This document shows, in pieces, positions 39,124-50,132 of a stretch of DNA of 64,000 nucleotides. The DNA is from an uncultured Bacteriovoracaceae bacterium. Lineage in GTDB: Bacteria > Bdellovibrionota > Bacteriovoracia > Bacteriovoracales > Bacteriovoracaceae. Position 1 is the stretch's first letter. Each line of letters starts with the position of its first letter. A program made the position numbers and the translations under genes. The DNA is taken from contig CAXGUD010000001.1 of the NCBI GenBank assembly GCA_964012805.1, positions 32,001 through 96,000 on the forward strand. The letters run 5' to 3'. The notes beneath the pieces were generated by a model that saw nothing but the letters and a program-made list of their open reading frames with translations, searched no databases and had not been told where the DNA came from.

Positions 39124-40131
39124 ATGAGGTCTAAAATGAACTTTTATTTAGGTGTATTACTTATTTTAATGTTTCTTCCCCATTCCCAAATATCTGCTAG
39201 GCCTAAGGAGACTGCCAATGGGGTTGGTCCCCTTTTGGAAACTGAGTGGGGGCAAGGGGGATTATATCAAACTTTTACTCCAAGAATTACTAAGTCTTGG
39301 GACCCCGAAGTATGGTTAGGCCAAGCCTATCTTGGGTGTACGACAGTAGCAACTGCACAGGTCCTAAATTACTATGGATACCAAAACATCAAATATCTAG
39401 AAAGATACCAAGAATATTCAAATTGTTACACCCTTGGAAATCATCAGCTATCGGGATTAAAAGGAAAAGATGTTGATGAAAATGGTGTTCTTTGCATAAA
39501 GGGAGTCGATAAAGGATTTGATTTTAGCTCTTTAGTCAGTAAACTTCCTGATGTTTCAATAGATAAAAATGGTGATGGAAAAATGGATAAGGGAATCTTT
39601 AAGCAATTTCCTAGTGATAAAAGAAAAGGATATCAAAAAACGGCTAAATTTCTTTATCAAATTTCTGCCATGGTAAACGCTGAATATGGTGGTAAGACAG
39701 GAGCCGCTGCTCACCCTAACTTTTTAGAACGTTTATTCGAGCAGCACTTCGGTTACGCTAGTGATGGTTCTCTTTCAAAACGAAAAAATTTAAAAATGGT
39801 GTTTAAAGATATTTCAGGATACAAAATAAGCGATAAGGATTGGATCAAGCTGCTCCTTAATGAATTAAAAAATGGAAGACCAATTATTTATAGTGGATAT
39901 AGGAAAGATGAATCGTCTGGACACACATTTGTCGTTGATGGTTATAAGGAAGAAAAAGGAAAGATTTTATTCCATGTAAACTGGGGTTGGGGAGGTACAG
40001 CAAATGGTTATTACGACATCCTCAAACTAAAAGATCATAAAAATAGATCCTGGAGCACAAACCCTTATGCCTATATAGGGCTTGAACCTTTTAAAGGTGC
40101 TGGTCTAAAAAAGCTCAATCAAAAAAAGTAA
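39124..40131 (+). CDS. Peptidase C10 (streptopain/SpeB family) cysteine protease
   Basis: WGQG, GCTTVATAQVL, GHTFVVDGY, FHVNWGWGG. Confidence 0.92.
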   Translation: MRSKMNFYLGVLLILMFLPHSQISARPKETANGVGPLLETEWGQGGLYQTFTPRITKSWDPEVWLGQAYLGCTTVATAQVLNYYGYQNIKYLERYQEYSNCYTLGNHQLSGLKGKDVDENGVLCIKGVDKGFDFSSLVSKLPDVSIDKNGDGKMDKGIFKQFPSDKRKGYQKTAKFLYQISAMVNAEYGGKTGAAAHPNFLERLFEQHFGYASDGSLSKRKNLKMVFKDISGYKISDKDWIKLLLNELKNGRPIIYSGYRKDESSGHTFVVDGYKEEKGKILFHVNWGWGGTANGYYDILKLKDHKNRSWSTNPYAYIGLEPFKGAGLKKLNQKK

Positions 40132-40327
40132 GTGGACAATAAAAAAAGGAACTCAGAATTTTGTGGGCCTCTTTCATTTAGACATTGGTCTTTCTTATAA
40201 GATACCTATTGAACCTAGGGACTTATTTAATTGCTCTGGTCATTTCGAAAGCCGTAAATTTTTCTTAGGTTAAAAGAGTCATAGATATTTGATACAATTT
40301 TCAAAAAAGCTAAACTGGGGAATATCG

Positions 40328-41002
40328 ATGATAAAGAACATTACTTTGTTTTTAATCCTGACAATTGGAGTTGGTTTTCAAGGGATGGCCTGGGCACAGG
40401 GTATCAAACCTGCAGGGCTAAATGCCTATGCTGGTGCTGGATATGTCGAATACACTATCAGTGCGCCCGCTACAAATTTTAAGATGGATAGGGGTGTTTT
40501 TGCTTCTATTGCAGGAGAAAAAGGTTTTGGCATCTTGGGAAGTTACCTTACTTTTTCAACCAGTTATTTAAAAAGTAAGGGAAGTACAAATTATGATTAC
40601 ACTCCATTAGGTAAAACGGCAGTAACAGCTAATGGCATTTCTTTTGATTCAGACCTCTTTCAATTTGGCCTTGGGTTTAAAATAAAACTTTTTGAAAGTT
40701 CATGGTTCCGTCCTTATGCTGAAGTAGGTGTCCTTGGAGGCTACTATCAATTGACTTATAAAGGCATTAACTCATCAACAATTTCTAGTGGTACTGCAAG
40801 TGATGCAAAAACAAAAGAAAGCCTTTTTGATAATGGTCAATATGGTGAAGCGGGTTTAGAGATTGATTTTGCTAAAGAATTTGCACTAAAAGTGAGCGGT
40901 CGGATCTTAGAAATGAAAACTGGTATTCTTGAAACATTGGGAGGAAATAGAGTTCTTTATAGGGCCACAACCGTTTTCCTAAGCGTTCTTAAAGCTTTTT
41001 GA
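40328..41002 (+). CDS. Outer-membrane beta-barrel protein
   Basis: Signal peptide, amphipathic beta strands, FRPYAEVG, C-terminal Phe; likely start ATG 40328 (track start 40289). Confidence 0.75.
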   Translation: MIKNITLFLILTIGVGFQGMAWAQGIKPAGLNAYAGAGYVEYTISAPATNFKMDRGVFASIAGEKGFGILGSYLTFSTSYLKSKGSTNYDYTPLGKTAVTANGISFDSDLFQFGLGFKIKLFESSWFRPYAEVGVLGGYYQLTYKGINSSTISSGTASDAKTKESLFDNGQYGEAGLEIDFAKEFALKVSGRILEMKTGILETLGGNRVLYRATTVFLSVLKAF

Positions 41003-41084
41003 CCTAAACATTTGGTGAAATGGGGGCGGAAAAAATATTTAAATCAGGGCCGTTAATAATAAAATTTTCTTTGAATCAAAATTG

Positions 41085-41133
41085 AGCGTGGAAAAAAAAG
41101 ATCTTAATTGAATATTCTTTTTTTTGTCACGCT
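41085..41133. terminator. Imperfect long hairpin between convergent genes
   Basis: agcgtg-gaaaaaaaaga...tctttttttt-gt-cacgct. Confidence 0.35.
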
Positions 41134-41227
41134 TGCCTTAGTTCTTTGTTACAGAGTTTAATAAAACTGTAAAAATCTTCCCCCAAAAAAATTTCTCCAA
41201 ATCTAAAGGCAAACTTATTTGTTTTAG

Positions 41228-42712
41228 TTAAGAGGGAAAAAAGAAAGGGATAAAAAAGAGAGAAAACAAAGTAATAATAAAAACACAAACTAAATTAATT
41301 AAAAAACCGGATTTAATCATCTCACCGATCCCCACCCTTTTTGAACCAAAAATGATGGCATTAGGAGCCGTTGCAGCAGGAAACATAAAAGCACAGCTGG
41401 CCGCAAGGGTTGCAGGAATCATAAGAGAAAGAGGAGGAATCTGACTTGACTTTGAGACGGCCGCCAAAATGGGAAGGAGCATTTCAGTTGAGGCCATATT
41501 ACTTGTAAGCTCCGTCAATAAACTCATCCCCAAAGTCAAAGAGGATATAATTAACGTGGGAGAAACATGCTTAATACCCAGAAAGGACTCCCCTATTAAT
41601 TGAGAAAGCCCAGTCGCTTGGATCCCTTTGGCCAAAGCAAAACCTCCACCAAAAAGAAGAATCGTCCCCCAGGGTATTTCTTCGAAAACTTTTTTATCTA
41701 TTATCCGCCCACCCTTTTCAGTAGGAATCATAAATAAAAGGAGCGCCATCGTAATGGCCACAGTCCCATCATCGACAAACTCAGGACGAGGTAAAAGCTC
41801 AGACCAACCAGGAATTGCAAGGGCACCTATAGTAATTTTTTTTCTAAAAACCCACAGAAGTGCCATAGACACGAAAATGGCACCAACCCACTTTTCTTCT
41901 TTTTTCATGGGACCTAATTTGATCACTTCTTTTGTGATAACCTCTTCACTCAAGGGCCGTAATTGATTTTTTCTAATCCTCACGAAATAAAGCACACAAT
42001 AAGCTGACAAGAGCATCAAAAGACAGATGGGTAAACCAAAAACAAGCCAGCTACTAAAGTAGAACTCGGATTGCTCAGGAAAATTCATAGAATAGATCCT
42101 CACAAAGGCAAGGTTAGGAGGAGTCCCAACAATCGTTGCGACACCACCAATCGTGGCAGAATAGGCTATTCCCATCATAAGAGTGCTGGAGAAGACTTTT
42201 GTGGGGCCGTTATCTCCATAAATATCTTCAAAACTTTTGATAACGGCAAGACCTATAGAAACCATCATCACACAAGTCGCGGTATTCGATATCCACATGG
42301 AAAGAAGAGATGTGGCCACCATAAAACCCATGAGAAGTCCTGAAGGTTTTGTCCCAAAAAAACTAACTATTTTTAAAGCTATTCTTTTATGAAGATTCCA
42401 CTTTTGCATGGCCAGGGCAACCGTGAACCCTCCAATAAAAAGCATCAAAATAGATGACATATAAACAGGCGCTACCTTTTTTGTAGACATGATTCCAAGC
42501 ATTGGGTAACAAACGAGGGGCAAAAGGGCCGTTCCGGCAAGGGGCAAGACTTCAAAAATCCACCAAAAGGCCATAACAAGAGAAATAACGCCCATTGAAA
42601 CTAGGGGAGAAAGACCCATAAAAAAGCAGGTCAATAATCCAAATACCCCAGAAACAAGAAGAATCATCTTTTTATTTAGTTTAAAAAATTCCCATAGTTT
42701 GAAAGAATTCAT
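41228..42712 (-). CDS. SLC13/DASS family Na+-coupled di/tricarboxylate or sulfate symporter
   Basis: SMWISNTAT, IVGTPPN, TELTSNMA, AFMFPAATAPNA. Confidence 0.93.
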   Translation of the reverse strand: MNSFKLWEFFKLNKKMILLVSGVFGLLTCFFMGLSPLVSMGVISLVMAFWWIFEVLPLAGTALLPLVCYPMLGIMSTKKVAPVYMSSILMLFIGGFTVALAMQKWNLHKRIALKIVSFFGTKPSGLLMGFMVATSLLSMWISNTATCVMMVSIGLAVIKSFEDIYGDNGPTKVFSSTLMMGIAYSATIGGVATIVGTPPNLAFVRIYSMNFPEQSEFYFSSWLVFGLPICLLMLLSAYCVLYFVRIRKNQLRPLSEEVITKEVIKLGPMKKEEKWVGAIFVSMALLWVFRKKITIGALAIPGWSELLPRPEFVDDGTVAITMALLLFMIPTEKGGRIIDKKVFEEIPWGTILLFGGGFALAKGIQATGLSQLIGESFLGIKHVSPTLIISSLTLGMSLLTELTSNMASTEMLLPILAAVSKSSQIPPLSLMIPATLAASCAFMFPAATAPNAIIFGSKRVGIGEMIKSGFLINLVCVFIITLFSLFFIPFFFPS

Positions 42713-42956
42713 TTTTTAATCTCCTTCCCCATTTGGATCACACCTATTTTTCCCTTCGGTTAATCTATTAGAAGGCAATCAGAATAGACCAGGAAATTTA
42801 AGAAGAAACTGGAACAGTATTATGAAAAGAAAGGCCAATGTCCAGCTTGTTTTCTTTTGAAGCCTGCGTCTAAAATACCACCTCTAAAGGCCCTTTATTC
42901 CTCGCTTTATCTCTGATAACTTCGCTATATAAGAACCCAATACGTAGAGACAACTA

Positions 42957-43442
42957 ATGGAAAAAAGTGAGATCCTATTAAAATTAGAGAAAGTTTTGCT
43001 TGAGAAAATCGAAAAGGCCAGGGAGGTTTATCAATCCGCTTATGAATACACCACAAAGGGGGATGTGAAATCCGACGGCAAGTATGATACGAGAGGCACA
43101 GAAGCAGGTTATCTAGCGGGGGCCCAGAAAAAGCGGGTGGAAGAACTGAAAAATGACCTTAATCAGTTAAGGGCAATCTCCGTAGAGGTCTTTTCTTCAA
43201 GTCGAAGCGTCGCGGTTGGTTCACTTATTGAGCTTGAGTGTGAGTGTGACAAGAAGACTTCTCATTATTTTATTTCACCTTCATTGGGAGGGGAAACTCT
43301 AGAGATTGAAGGAGTCTCAATTCAAGTTATTTCTCAAAACTCCCCCATTTCAATTGCTTCATTTGGACTTGATCAGGATGATAGCTTCGAGCTGGAAACT
43401 CCTCGAGGCGTGAAGGTCTACACAATCGTTTGTGTAAATTAA
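42957..43442 (+). CDS. GreA/GreB-family protein
   Basis: KYDTRGTEAGYLA, VISQNSPIS...LGL C-terminal GreA domain. Confidence 0.8.
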   Translation: MEKSEILLKLEKVLLEKIEKAREVYQSAYEYTTKGDVKSDGKYDTRGTEAGYLAGAQKKRVEELKNDLNQLRAISVEVFSSSRSVAVGSLIELECECDKKTSHYFISPSLGGETLEIEGVSIQVISQNSPISIASFGLDQDDSFELETPRGVKVYTIVCVN

Positions 43443-43764
43443 ATTAAACTAAAGGTTGGTAAAGAGTGGAAATTTTCTGAATCTTCAACAAACCTTATTC
43501 GAAATTGGCCCCAAGTTTCTACCTGTAGTGCCTAAATTAAAACTTTAGGACTTCTAATAAGACTTAGAAATGTTTCACTTCAATTTTTTTTATAGTATTT
43601 TAAGTATGATTACTTTTTTTTTAGGCTTAAAAGATTCTCTTAGATAATTTTTTAAACCAAATTTATTTGAATAGACCAAATTTACATTCAGTCTTTCCCT
43701 AATAAAACATTCTCCATGTTAAAATAAATGCCGACCAAATCAAAGTCTATTGAGTGATTAAACA

Positions 43765-44682
43765 ATGAGTGAAAGTGAAAAAATAAGAAAGATTATTAAA
43801 GAGGCCAACCAAGTTTGGATAGGAGAAGAATCGAAAATAGAAATGGCACTTCTTCCCCTTCTATGCGGTGGTCACCTCCTTATTGAAGATAGTCCGGGAG
43901 TTGGTAAGACAACTCTTACCAAAGCACTCGCAACACTTCTTGGAATTAATTATTCTAGAATTTCGTTTACAAACGACCTTCTCCCAGCAGACATCTTAGG
44001 AACACATATTTTTAGTAAAAAATCAGAAGAGTTCTTATTTCAGAAGGGACCCATTTTTTCGAACCTTATTTTAATAGATGAATTAAATAGGGCAACACCA
44101 AAAACTCAAAGTGCCCTTCTTCAAGTAATGGAGGAAAAAAAAATATCTATTGAAAACAAAACTTTTGAACTAGATGAAACCTTTTCCGTTATGGCCACTC
44201 AAAATCCCTTTGGTCAAATTGGAACCTTCCCTCTTCCAGAAAGTCAAAGAGACCGGTTTTTTATGAGCATCTCTCTTGGAATTCCAGACAGGGTAAATGA
44301 AGAGAGAATTTTATTAAACCATTCGACTGAAAAAAGTTTAAATTCTTTAAAACCCATTCTCAATAAAGAAGAGATTGAGGAAGTAAAAAAACAAGTTTTT
44401 TTACTTGAAGTTTCCTCTCCTCTGGTTCATTATGTACTTGATTTTATTGAGTTTCTTAGGATGCAGGAGGAATGTAAACTGCCCATTTCCCCCCGGTGTG
44501 GGAAGGACCTTCTTCTTGCATCCAAAGGACGCGCCTTCATGGAGGGACGAGATTACGTTATTCCAGAAGACGTTCAGGCGGTTCTTCCCTTTGTGGTTGG
44601 TCACCGCCTTTTTTATAACCAAAATATAGAAAAGGCCCAAACTTACCTTAAGGAAATGATTCATCATGTGGCCATTCCATAA
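43765..44682 (+). CDS. MoxR family AAA+ ATPase
   Basis: GHLLIEDSPGVGKT, DLLPADI, DELNRATPKTQSALL, ATQNP, FPLPESQRDRF. Confidence 0.95.
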   Translation: MSESEKIRKIIKEANQVWIGEESKIEMALLPLLCGGHLLIEDSPGVGKTTLTKALATLLGINYSRISFTNDLLPADILGTHIFSKKSEEFLFQKGPIFSNLILIDELNRATPKTQSALLQVMEEKKISIENKTFELDETFSVMATQNPFGQIGTFPLPESQRDRFFMSISLGIPDRVNEERILLNHSTEKSLNSLKPILNKEEIEEVKKQVFLLEVSSPLVHYVLDFIEFLRMQEECKLPISPRCGKDLLLASKGRAFMEGRDYVIPEDVQAVLPFVVGHRLFYNQNIEKAQTYLKEMIHHVAIP

Positions 44683-45625
44683 GGTATTCCCTTTTTTTAG
44701 GCGCTTTCTTTCCTCCTTTATAAAGAAGGATCAAATTTATATATTCTTTACATTAAGGTCTGTTTATTACATAGGATTCCTTATTTCACTAGGCTTTATA
44801 TCGATGACTTTTAGTAGTTCACTGGCCTACAGCTCTACTTTTATTTTCTTCTCCTTTCTTATGATTTCCTCAGTAAAAACAAATTATAACCTCTATAACG
44901 TTTCAATTGAGAAAGTTAAACAGAGAGGTTTTTTTCCTGAAGATGCCCCTGGCCTTGAAATTTTAATTAATAATAAATCGAAAAAACCAAAATTTGACCT
45001 CTATACAAATCATGAAGACATAAAGTCTCAATTTTTTTCTATGAAGCCCCATTCTAGTACCGTGGTAAAAGTTCCAATAAAAAAACCTCCAGGTATCCAC
45101 TCTCTTAAAAGGCTTACTCTTAGAACAACATTCCCATTTGAACTCATGCACTCATGGAAAGTATTTCTTTTTGAAGAAATATGTCTCATTATTTTTCCAA
45201 AAAAAATAAACCATCTCCCACACCTAAGACCTTTAGAGGAAGAAGATTCTTTTGATAAAAATAATAACAATTCTAAAAAGGGAGCTGGGGAAGACTTTCA
45301 CTCCCACTTTCCTTATTCTGAAGGCGATGCCCTTCGTTATATTGACTGGAAAATTTATGCAAGAGAAAAAGGTACTTTTATAAAAACTTACGAATCTTCT
45401 AACAAAACAGCTTTTTGTATTCAGGATACCCACCTCCAGGAGTTTGACAAAAGAGACTTGCCTCAAGAGAGCAAAGATGAACAAGTTGCCTTTTGGTTAA
45501 GCCAAGCTCTAAAAGAAAACCGTCAATTTTCACTAAAGCTTCCCGGGCTCCATTTAAATAATGGAAATAGTCAAAAGGATTTAGAAAACTTTCTTTTTCA
45601 ATACCTTAAATGGAGGGGGTTATGA
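44666..45625 (+). CDS. DUF58 domain protein
   Basis: DF....Y..GDALRYIDWK.YAR; sits between MoxR and the transglutaminase. Confidence 0.88.
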   Translation: MWPFHKVFPFFRRFLSSFIKKDQIYIFFTLRSVYYIGFLISLGFISMTFSSSLAYSSTFIFFSFLMISSVKTNYNLYNVSIEKVKQRGFFPEDAPGLEILINNKSKKPKFDLYTNHEDIKSQFFSMKPHSSTVVKVPIKKPPGIHSLKRLTLRTTFPFELMHSWKVFLFEEICLIIFPKKINHLPHLRPLEEEDSFDKNNNNSKKGAGEDFHSHFPYSEGDALRYIDWKIYAREKGTFIKTYESSNKTAFCIQDTHLQEFDKRDLPQESKDEQVAFWLSQALKENRQFSLKLPGLHLNNGNSQKDLENFLFQYLKWRGL

Positions 45626-47592
45626 CCTGGAAAAGAAACGCCCACCTCCTTTATATCTTTTTAATTTTCCTCCCCTTTTTTAATGATGGATACTTCGAAC
45701 TTATACTCATATTTTTGCTTGGTACACTTCCTCTCCTCTTTCAAAACTTAAAGCTTTACCATCCTTTAAAAAAACTAAAAAAGACTAAATATTTTTTTTT
45801 AATAGCTTCCCTTCTCTATATTTTTTTCCAATACAAAGGTTTAAGAAATATTGAAGGAGCTTCACTTTTTTTAGCAACACTTTTTGTCCTTAAACTATGG
45901 GAAGAGGAATCAAAGAGGGATACATTTTTATTTCTTCTTATTGGACTTTTATTCATGGTTTCAAAATTTCTTATTCATCAAACGCCATTTTTTCTAATTT
46001 ACTTAATTATAATAAGTTTTCTCTTTCTTATTATAACTAGCTTTACATCAATGGATAACTCCCTCTTAAAAGACGATAAAGAGATGAAAAGGCACAGGAT
46101 AAAAGAAATAAGGAATCTTTTTATTGCGAGTCTTCCTCTGTCTATTCTTCTCTTTATTTTTTTTCCAAGAATTCACTTACACCTTCCCTTTGGCGGTCAA
46201 AAAATCCCCATTGCCCAAACAGGTTTTTCCCAAGGAATCACACCAGGAGACTTTGAGTCTCTCATTTCAAGTAAAGATGAAGTTTTTAAGGTCCACTTTA
46301 ATGGACCCACTCCTGGCTATAACAAACTTTACTGGCGAGGAGTTATTCTTTCCTTTACAGACGGCTTTTCTTGGAAAAAGACACCCGACCCTTTAAAAAA
46401 ATCCACATTTAAAAGAAAACAGAAGCTTTTTGAATACAAACTAGAGTATAAAAATATTGAGGAATCACCCGTCTTTACACTCGCTTGGCCCATAATAAAC
46501 AAACACTCACCTGGACGCCTTAAAAGAAAAAATGGAGAGACTTTCTCCCTAAGACCCCGCAGGAACCAGGCCCTTAAATTTAGCGCCACAAGCTATGATG
46601 TTTCTTTTAAAAACATCTCTTCGGATGATATGAGTACTTACCTGCAACTCCCACCCAAAATTGGAATAAAAACAAAAAGGCTGGCCACAAGACTTAAAGG
46701 GGCCACGACACAAGAGACGATTTTTAATATCGTTGACTATTATAAAAAAAATAACTTTCTCTTTGATTTATCGCCCGGACGTTACCAAAAAGAAAACCAA
46801 TTGGAAGAATTTCTTTTTGAAAGGAAAAGAGGTTATTGTGAACACTTTGCTTCAAGTATGGCCATTCTCCTTAGACTTAACAAAATACCTACTAGGCTCG
46901 TAGGTGGCTTTATGGGCGGAACATATAATGCTTATGGCAAGTATTATACCGTTAGGAATGAAGACGCTCATGCATGGCCCGAAGTATGGATTGACAAAAC
47001 TTGGCGTAACGCCGACCCTACGCCATCCTTGGCACCGACAAGAATAAGCCTTGGAGCGGATGCGTATTTTCTCAATTTTTTTTTAAAGGACTCACCGATT
47101 GTCCCAGGTTTAATTTTGCGGAGGGCCCAAAGCCTCTGGAGGCAGCTAGAGCTCCAGTTTGACTTTATTTATTATAAATTTAGTCATTTTTTCTCTCAAT
47201 ACAATTTTTCAAACCAAAATAGTTTTTTAAAACCGTTTTTTAATTTGTTTCCCTCGATCATCACCATTAATAAACTTCATTTTCTTACACTTATGGTTAT
47301 CATTTTTATTTTTCTTTCCGTTGGTTTTCTAACTATAAGTTCCCTTTCTTTGGAGTCATCTCAAAATAAGCTTGAAGCATATTTCAATAAGCTCTGTAAA
47401 AAATTAAAACAGAAGCCAAAAAAGGGAGAAGGCCCGCTTGCCTTCAAAGAAAGGTTGGAAAAAGGCGGGGTGCTCAATGAGCAAACAGTATCTTTAATTG
47501 ATTTTTATATAAGTGCTAAATACTCTCCTTCCTCAGTGAATCATGCTGGCATTAAAATTTTTATTAATAAAATTAATAACTTAAGGATTTAA
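45622..47592 (+). CDS. DUF3488 plus transglutaminase domain membrane protein (TgpA-like)
   Basis: LYWRG, GYCEHFASS, PTRLVGGF.GG, AHAWPEVW, DPT; ATG 45622 overlaps the upstream TGA. Confidence 0.9.
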   Translation: MTWKRNAHLLYIFLIFLPFFNDGYFELILIFLLGTLPLLFQNLKLYHPLKKLKKTKYFFLIASLLYIFFQYKGLRNIEGASLFLATLFVLKLWEEESKRDTFLFLLIGLLFMVSKFLIHQTPFFLIYLIIISFLFLIITSFTSMDNSLLKDDKEMKRHRIKEIRNLFIASLPLSILLFIFFPRIHLHLPFGGQKIPIAQTGFSQGITPGDFESLISSKDEVFKVHFNGPTPGYNKLYWRGVILSFTDGFSWKKTPDPLKKSTFKRKQKLFEYKLEYKNIEESPVFTLAWPIINKHSPGRLKRKNGETFSLRPRRNQALKFSATSYDVSFKNISSDDMSTYLQLPPKIGIKTKRLATRLKGATTQETIFNIVDYYKKNNFLFDLSPGRYQKENQLEEFLFERKRGYCEHFASSMAILLRLNKIPTRLVGGFMGGTYNAYGKYYTVRNEDAHAWPEVWIDKTWRNADPTPSLAPTRISLGADAYFLNFFLKDSPIVPGLILRRAQSLWRQLELQFDFIYYKFSHFFSQYNFSNQNSFLKPFFNLFPSIITINKLHFLTLMVIIFIFLSVGFLTISSLSLESSQNKLEAYFNKLCKKLKQKPKKGEGPLAFKERLEKGGVLNEQTVSLIDFYISAKYSPSSVNHAGIKIFINKINNLRI

Positions 47593-47739
47593 AGAAGACT
47601 ATTTTAATACAGCTTAAATTTCTCTCACCCCCAAAGAAATAATTTAAAAACTGCCTTTAAAAAGACGAAAGAGGAAATGAAGGCCAAAAAACCTCATCAC
47701 TAGAATAAACTTTGGATTTGAGACTACTGAGAAAATAAG

Positions 47740-47988
47740 ATGCCGCCAAAAAAGCCAATGACTAAAAACTACCTCAGAAAATACCTCCTCGCATTAGGTG
47801 AACAAAGTGACATTGAGGGCTACCTTGTCCTAAATAATAGTGGCCCAAGTGAAATTGTATGGCGTTATTCCCATGCTGAAATTGGCGAAAACTTCCGAGA
47901 CTATCTTATCGGTGTCCCTCCAACTCGAAAAAAAATCATTCCTTTTAAAATTCTGGCAGGCGAAATTGAAATAGACTTGTGGCCTTAA
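47740..47988 (+). CDS. Small hypothetical protein
   Basis: 82-aa ORF filling the intergenic space, with a plausible composition. Confidence 0.55.
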   Translation: MPPKKPMTKNYLRKYLLALGEQSDIEGYLVLNNSGPSEIVWRYSHAEIGENFRDYLIGVPPTRKKIIPFKILAGEIEIDLWP

Positions 47989-48157
47989 CTTTTTAATTCC
48001 TATTGGAAGACTTCAAAAACCTCAACGTTTAAGGTTTCAAATATGAAAAGAGTTCTAACGTCAGAAAATTAAATGATCCTAAAAGTAAAAAACAACTTAC
48101 CAGGCCCATGATAAAAAGCTATATTGTCGTTGTGTTTTTAAAGGATCCACAACTATT

Positions 48158-49282
48158 ATGAGAAAAAAAACATTCATTATTTTTTTACTCCCTGCTCTTT
48201 TCGCAGCTATACTTTTATTTGATGCTTCGAAAAAGGAAACAGCACAAGAGCCTTTAGAAATTATAGCAGACCAAGTGAGTGACCAAAAAAGTGCTCCCCA
48301 CAAAGTTAATCCGAGCTCTTTCCTTAAAAAGGATTTGGCCCAAGAGCTTTTAAAAAAAGCTAAAGAGAAACAAACTCAACTGAACAAGAAAAAACCATTA
48401 AGATCAAAAAAAGCCTTGGCAAATACCACAGAAGCTGAAGCTGGACATTGTCCCCAATTTATGGAGGAAGTCTCCACTTTCGAAAAACACCTTCGAAACG
48501 GAGGAAAACCAGAGGAGTTTAGCTTTGACCAGGAGTGTCCTCACCTTCCTCTCTATGGTAAAGCCTATGAAACCTTTAAAAAAGTTTGCTTTCAAAATCA
48601 ACTACAAAAAAGCCCTAAAACATTTGGAGCAATGTGTGGGCAAGCCCTTTTTATGCTTAAGGCCACTCACGCAGAGCTTGTGACAAAAGACACTCCACTT
48701 TCAGAAATTTTTGACCTTGAGCCCCTTGTATATAAATATTTCTACCGACTTTTCGGTCCTGAAAAAAGAAGCTCTTTGATTTCGATTTCAGAAAGGGTTC
48801 TAGAGTTAGAACCAAGCCTTGAGGAATTCAAAGTCCTAAGCCTCATCTCAACCTTTGAGGCCATGGTTTCAAAAAGGCCAGACCTTGAAAAACGGCACCT
48901 TGAAAAAATGGAAAAGTATTTTGAAGAACTTCTTCTGTCTAAAGAAGGGAAAGAGAGAGAAGGAATCTATGAATTAAAGCTTTTAACACTTATGCATTCA
49001 AAAAACCATTCCCTTCATGAGATAGAAACAGTTCTTTCAACCATGGAGAGTGAAGTTCCCAACTCTAGCACCGCTTTGTATTATAGGGCAAACCTCAAAA
49101 ACCAGAGCAACAAAAGAGAGGAAGCCCTGGCCTTCCTCAAAAAGGCCATTGAGATTTCTCCAAATGAAAGAAGGTACCAATTCACCTATGAGCAACTATT
49201 GAAAGCAGACAAAGCGAAACCGGCCCAAAACGCCTTTGTCTTTCAACTTAGCTTTAAGGGTCTCCCCTTTGACTCTTTGTAA
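48158..49282 (+). CDS. Membrane-anchored TPR-containing hypothetical protein
   Basis: N-terminal anchor; ALYYRA...EALAFLKKAIEISP TPR. Confidence 0.75.
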   Translation: MRKKTFIIFLLPALFAAILLFDASKKETAQEPLEIIADQVSDQKSAPHKVNPSSFLKKDLAQELLKKAKEKQTQLNKKKPLRSKKALANTTEAEAGHCPQFMEEVSTFEKHLRNGGKPEEFSFDQECPHLPLYGKAYETFKKVCFQNQLQKSPKTFGAMCGQALFMLKATHAELVTKDTPLSEIFDLEPLVYKYFYRLFGPEKRSSLISISERVLELEPSLEEFKVLSLISTFEAMVSKRPDLEKRHLEKMEKYFEELLLSKEGKEREGIYELKLLTLMHSKNHSLHEIETVLSTMESEVPNSSTALYYRANLKNQSNKREEALAFLKKAIEISPNERRYQFTYEQLLKADKAKPAQNAFVFQLSFKGLPFDSL

Positions 49283-49298
49283 AAGGGCCTTAACCTAA

Positions 49299-50132
49299 CT
49301 AAGACAAATTGTTTTTTATAAGGGCAACAATTTCAGAAGAAGATTCTGGTCTTTCCATAGGAAACATATGACCACCCTCAATCAAAAACCTTTGTGCCTT
49401 AAATTTTTTAACAAAACGGTTTATTGAGCTTTGACTTGTGACCACCCTACGATTTGCCTGGCAATAAATAATAGGAGGGAGGTTCTCAGTTGCTAAAAAA
49501 TCCAGGTTATGAGGAGTGGAATTAAATAAGGAACACTCCTCCTTCACTGGGATAGAGAGAGTCACGCTACCCGCTTCTTCTTTGAGCCCAAATTCAAGAT
49601 AATCCTCTAAACACTCCGGTGAAAATTTTCTAAAAAAGGAATTATTTTGAAAATAAGCTGCAGCTTCTTGGCGGTCTTTCCAGCGGTCCTTTCTATTCCG
49701 GCTTTTTTTTGCAGGGCTCATACTTTCAACCAATCCAATCAACTTTGATAATTTTAGAAAAACTCCTAAGGCACCCATCATGATGGGAGAGTCGAGAAGA
49801 ACCAAAAGCTTAAAAAGACCTGGATTTTGTGAAGCGGCCAATAAATTTAGGATACCGCCCATTGAATGGCCAACACCAATCACAGGAGTTTCCTTACCCT
49901 TTAAGAAGTTCGCAACTTCTATTGCCTGATTAGACCAGTTATCGACGATAGGGTAATTGGGATTCCTTCCAAAGTTCTCAAAAAAAAGAACATCGAAACT
50001 TCTTTCAAAATTCTTGAAAAATTGGCGGTACATTGAGCCCTGAAACCCTGTTGCATGGGCAAAAAAAATGGTTTCTTTATGACTCACCTGATCTCTCCAA
50101 TTTTTTAGTTTTTGTTCCCTTTGATTTAACAA
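49299..50132 (-). CDS. Alpha/beta fold hydrolase
   Basis: HATGF, GHSMGG, GGHMFPME. Confidence 0.9.
   Translation of the reverse strand: MLNQREQKLKNWRDQVSHKETIFFAHATGFQGSMYRQFFKNFERSFDVLFFENFGRNPNYPIVDNWSNQAIEVANFLKGKETPVIGVGHSMGGILNLLAASQNPGLFKLLVLLDSPIMMGALGVFLKLSKLIGLVESMSPAKKSRNRKDRWKDRQEAAAYFQNNSFFRKFSPECLEDYLEFGLKEEAGSVTLSIPVKEECSLFNSTPHNLDFLATENLPPIIYCQANRRVVTSQSSINRFVKKFKAQRFLIEGGHMFPMERPESSSEIVALIKNNLS

Noticed and set aside
43765..47592. MoxR-DUF58-transglutaminase operon as a novel system
   Set aside because: This is a well-known conserved arrangement (e.g. the Pseudomonas tgpA operon)
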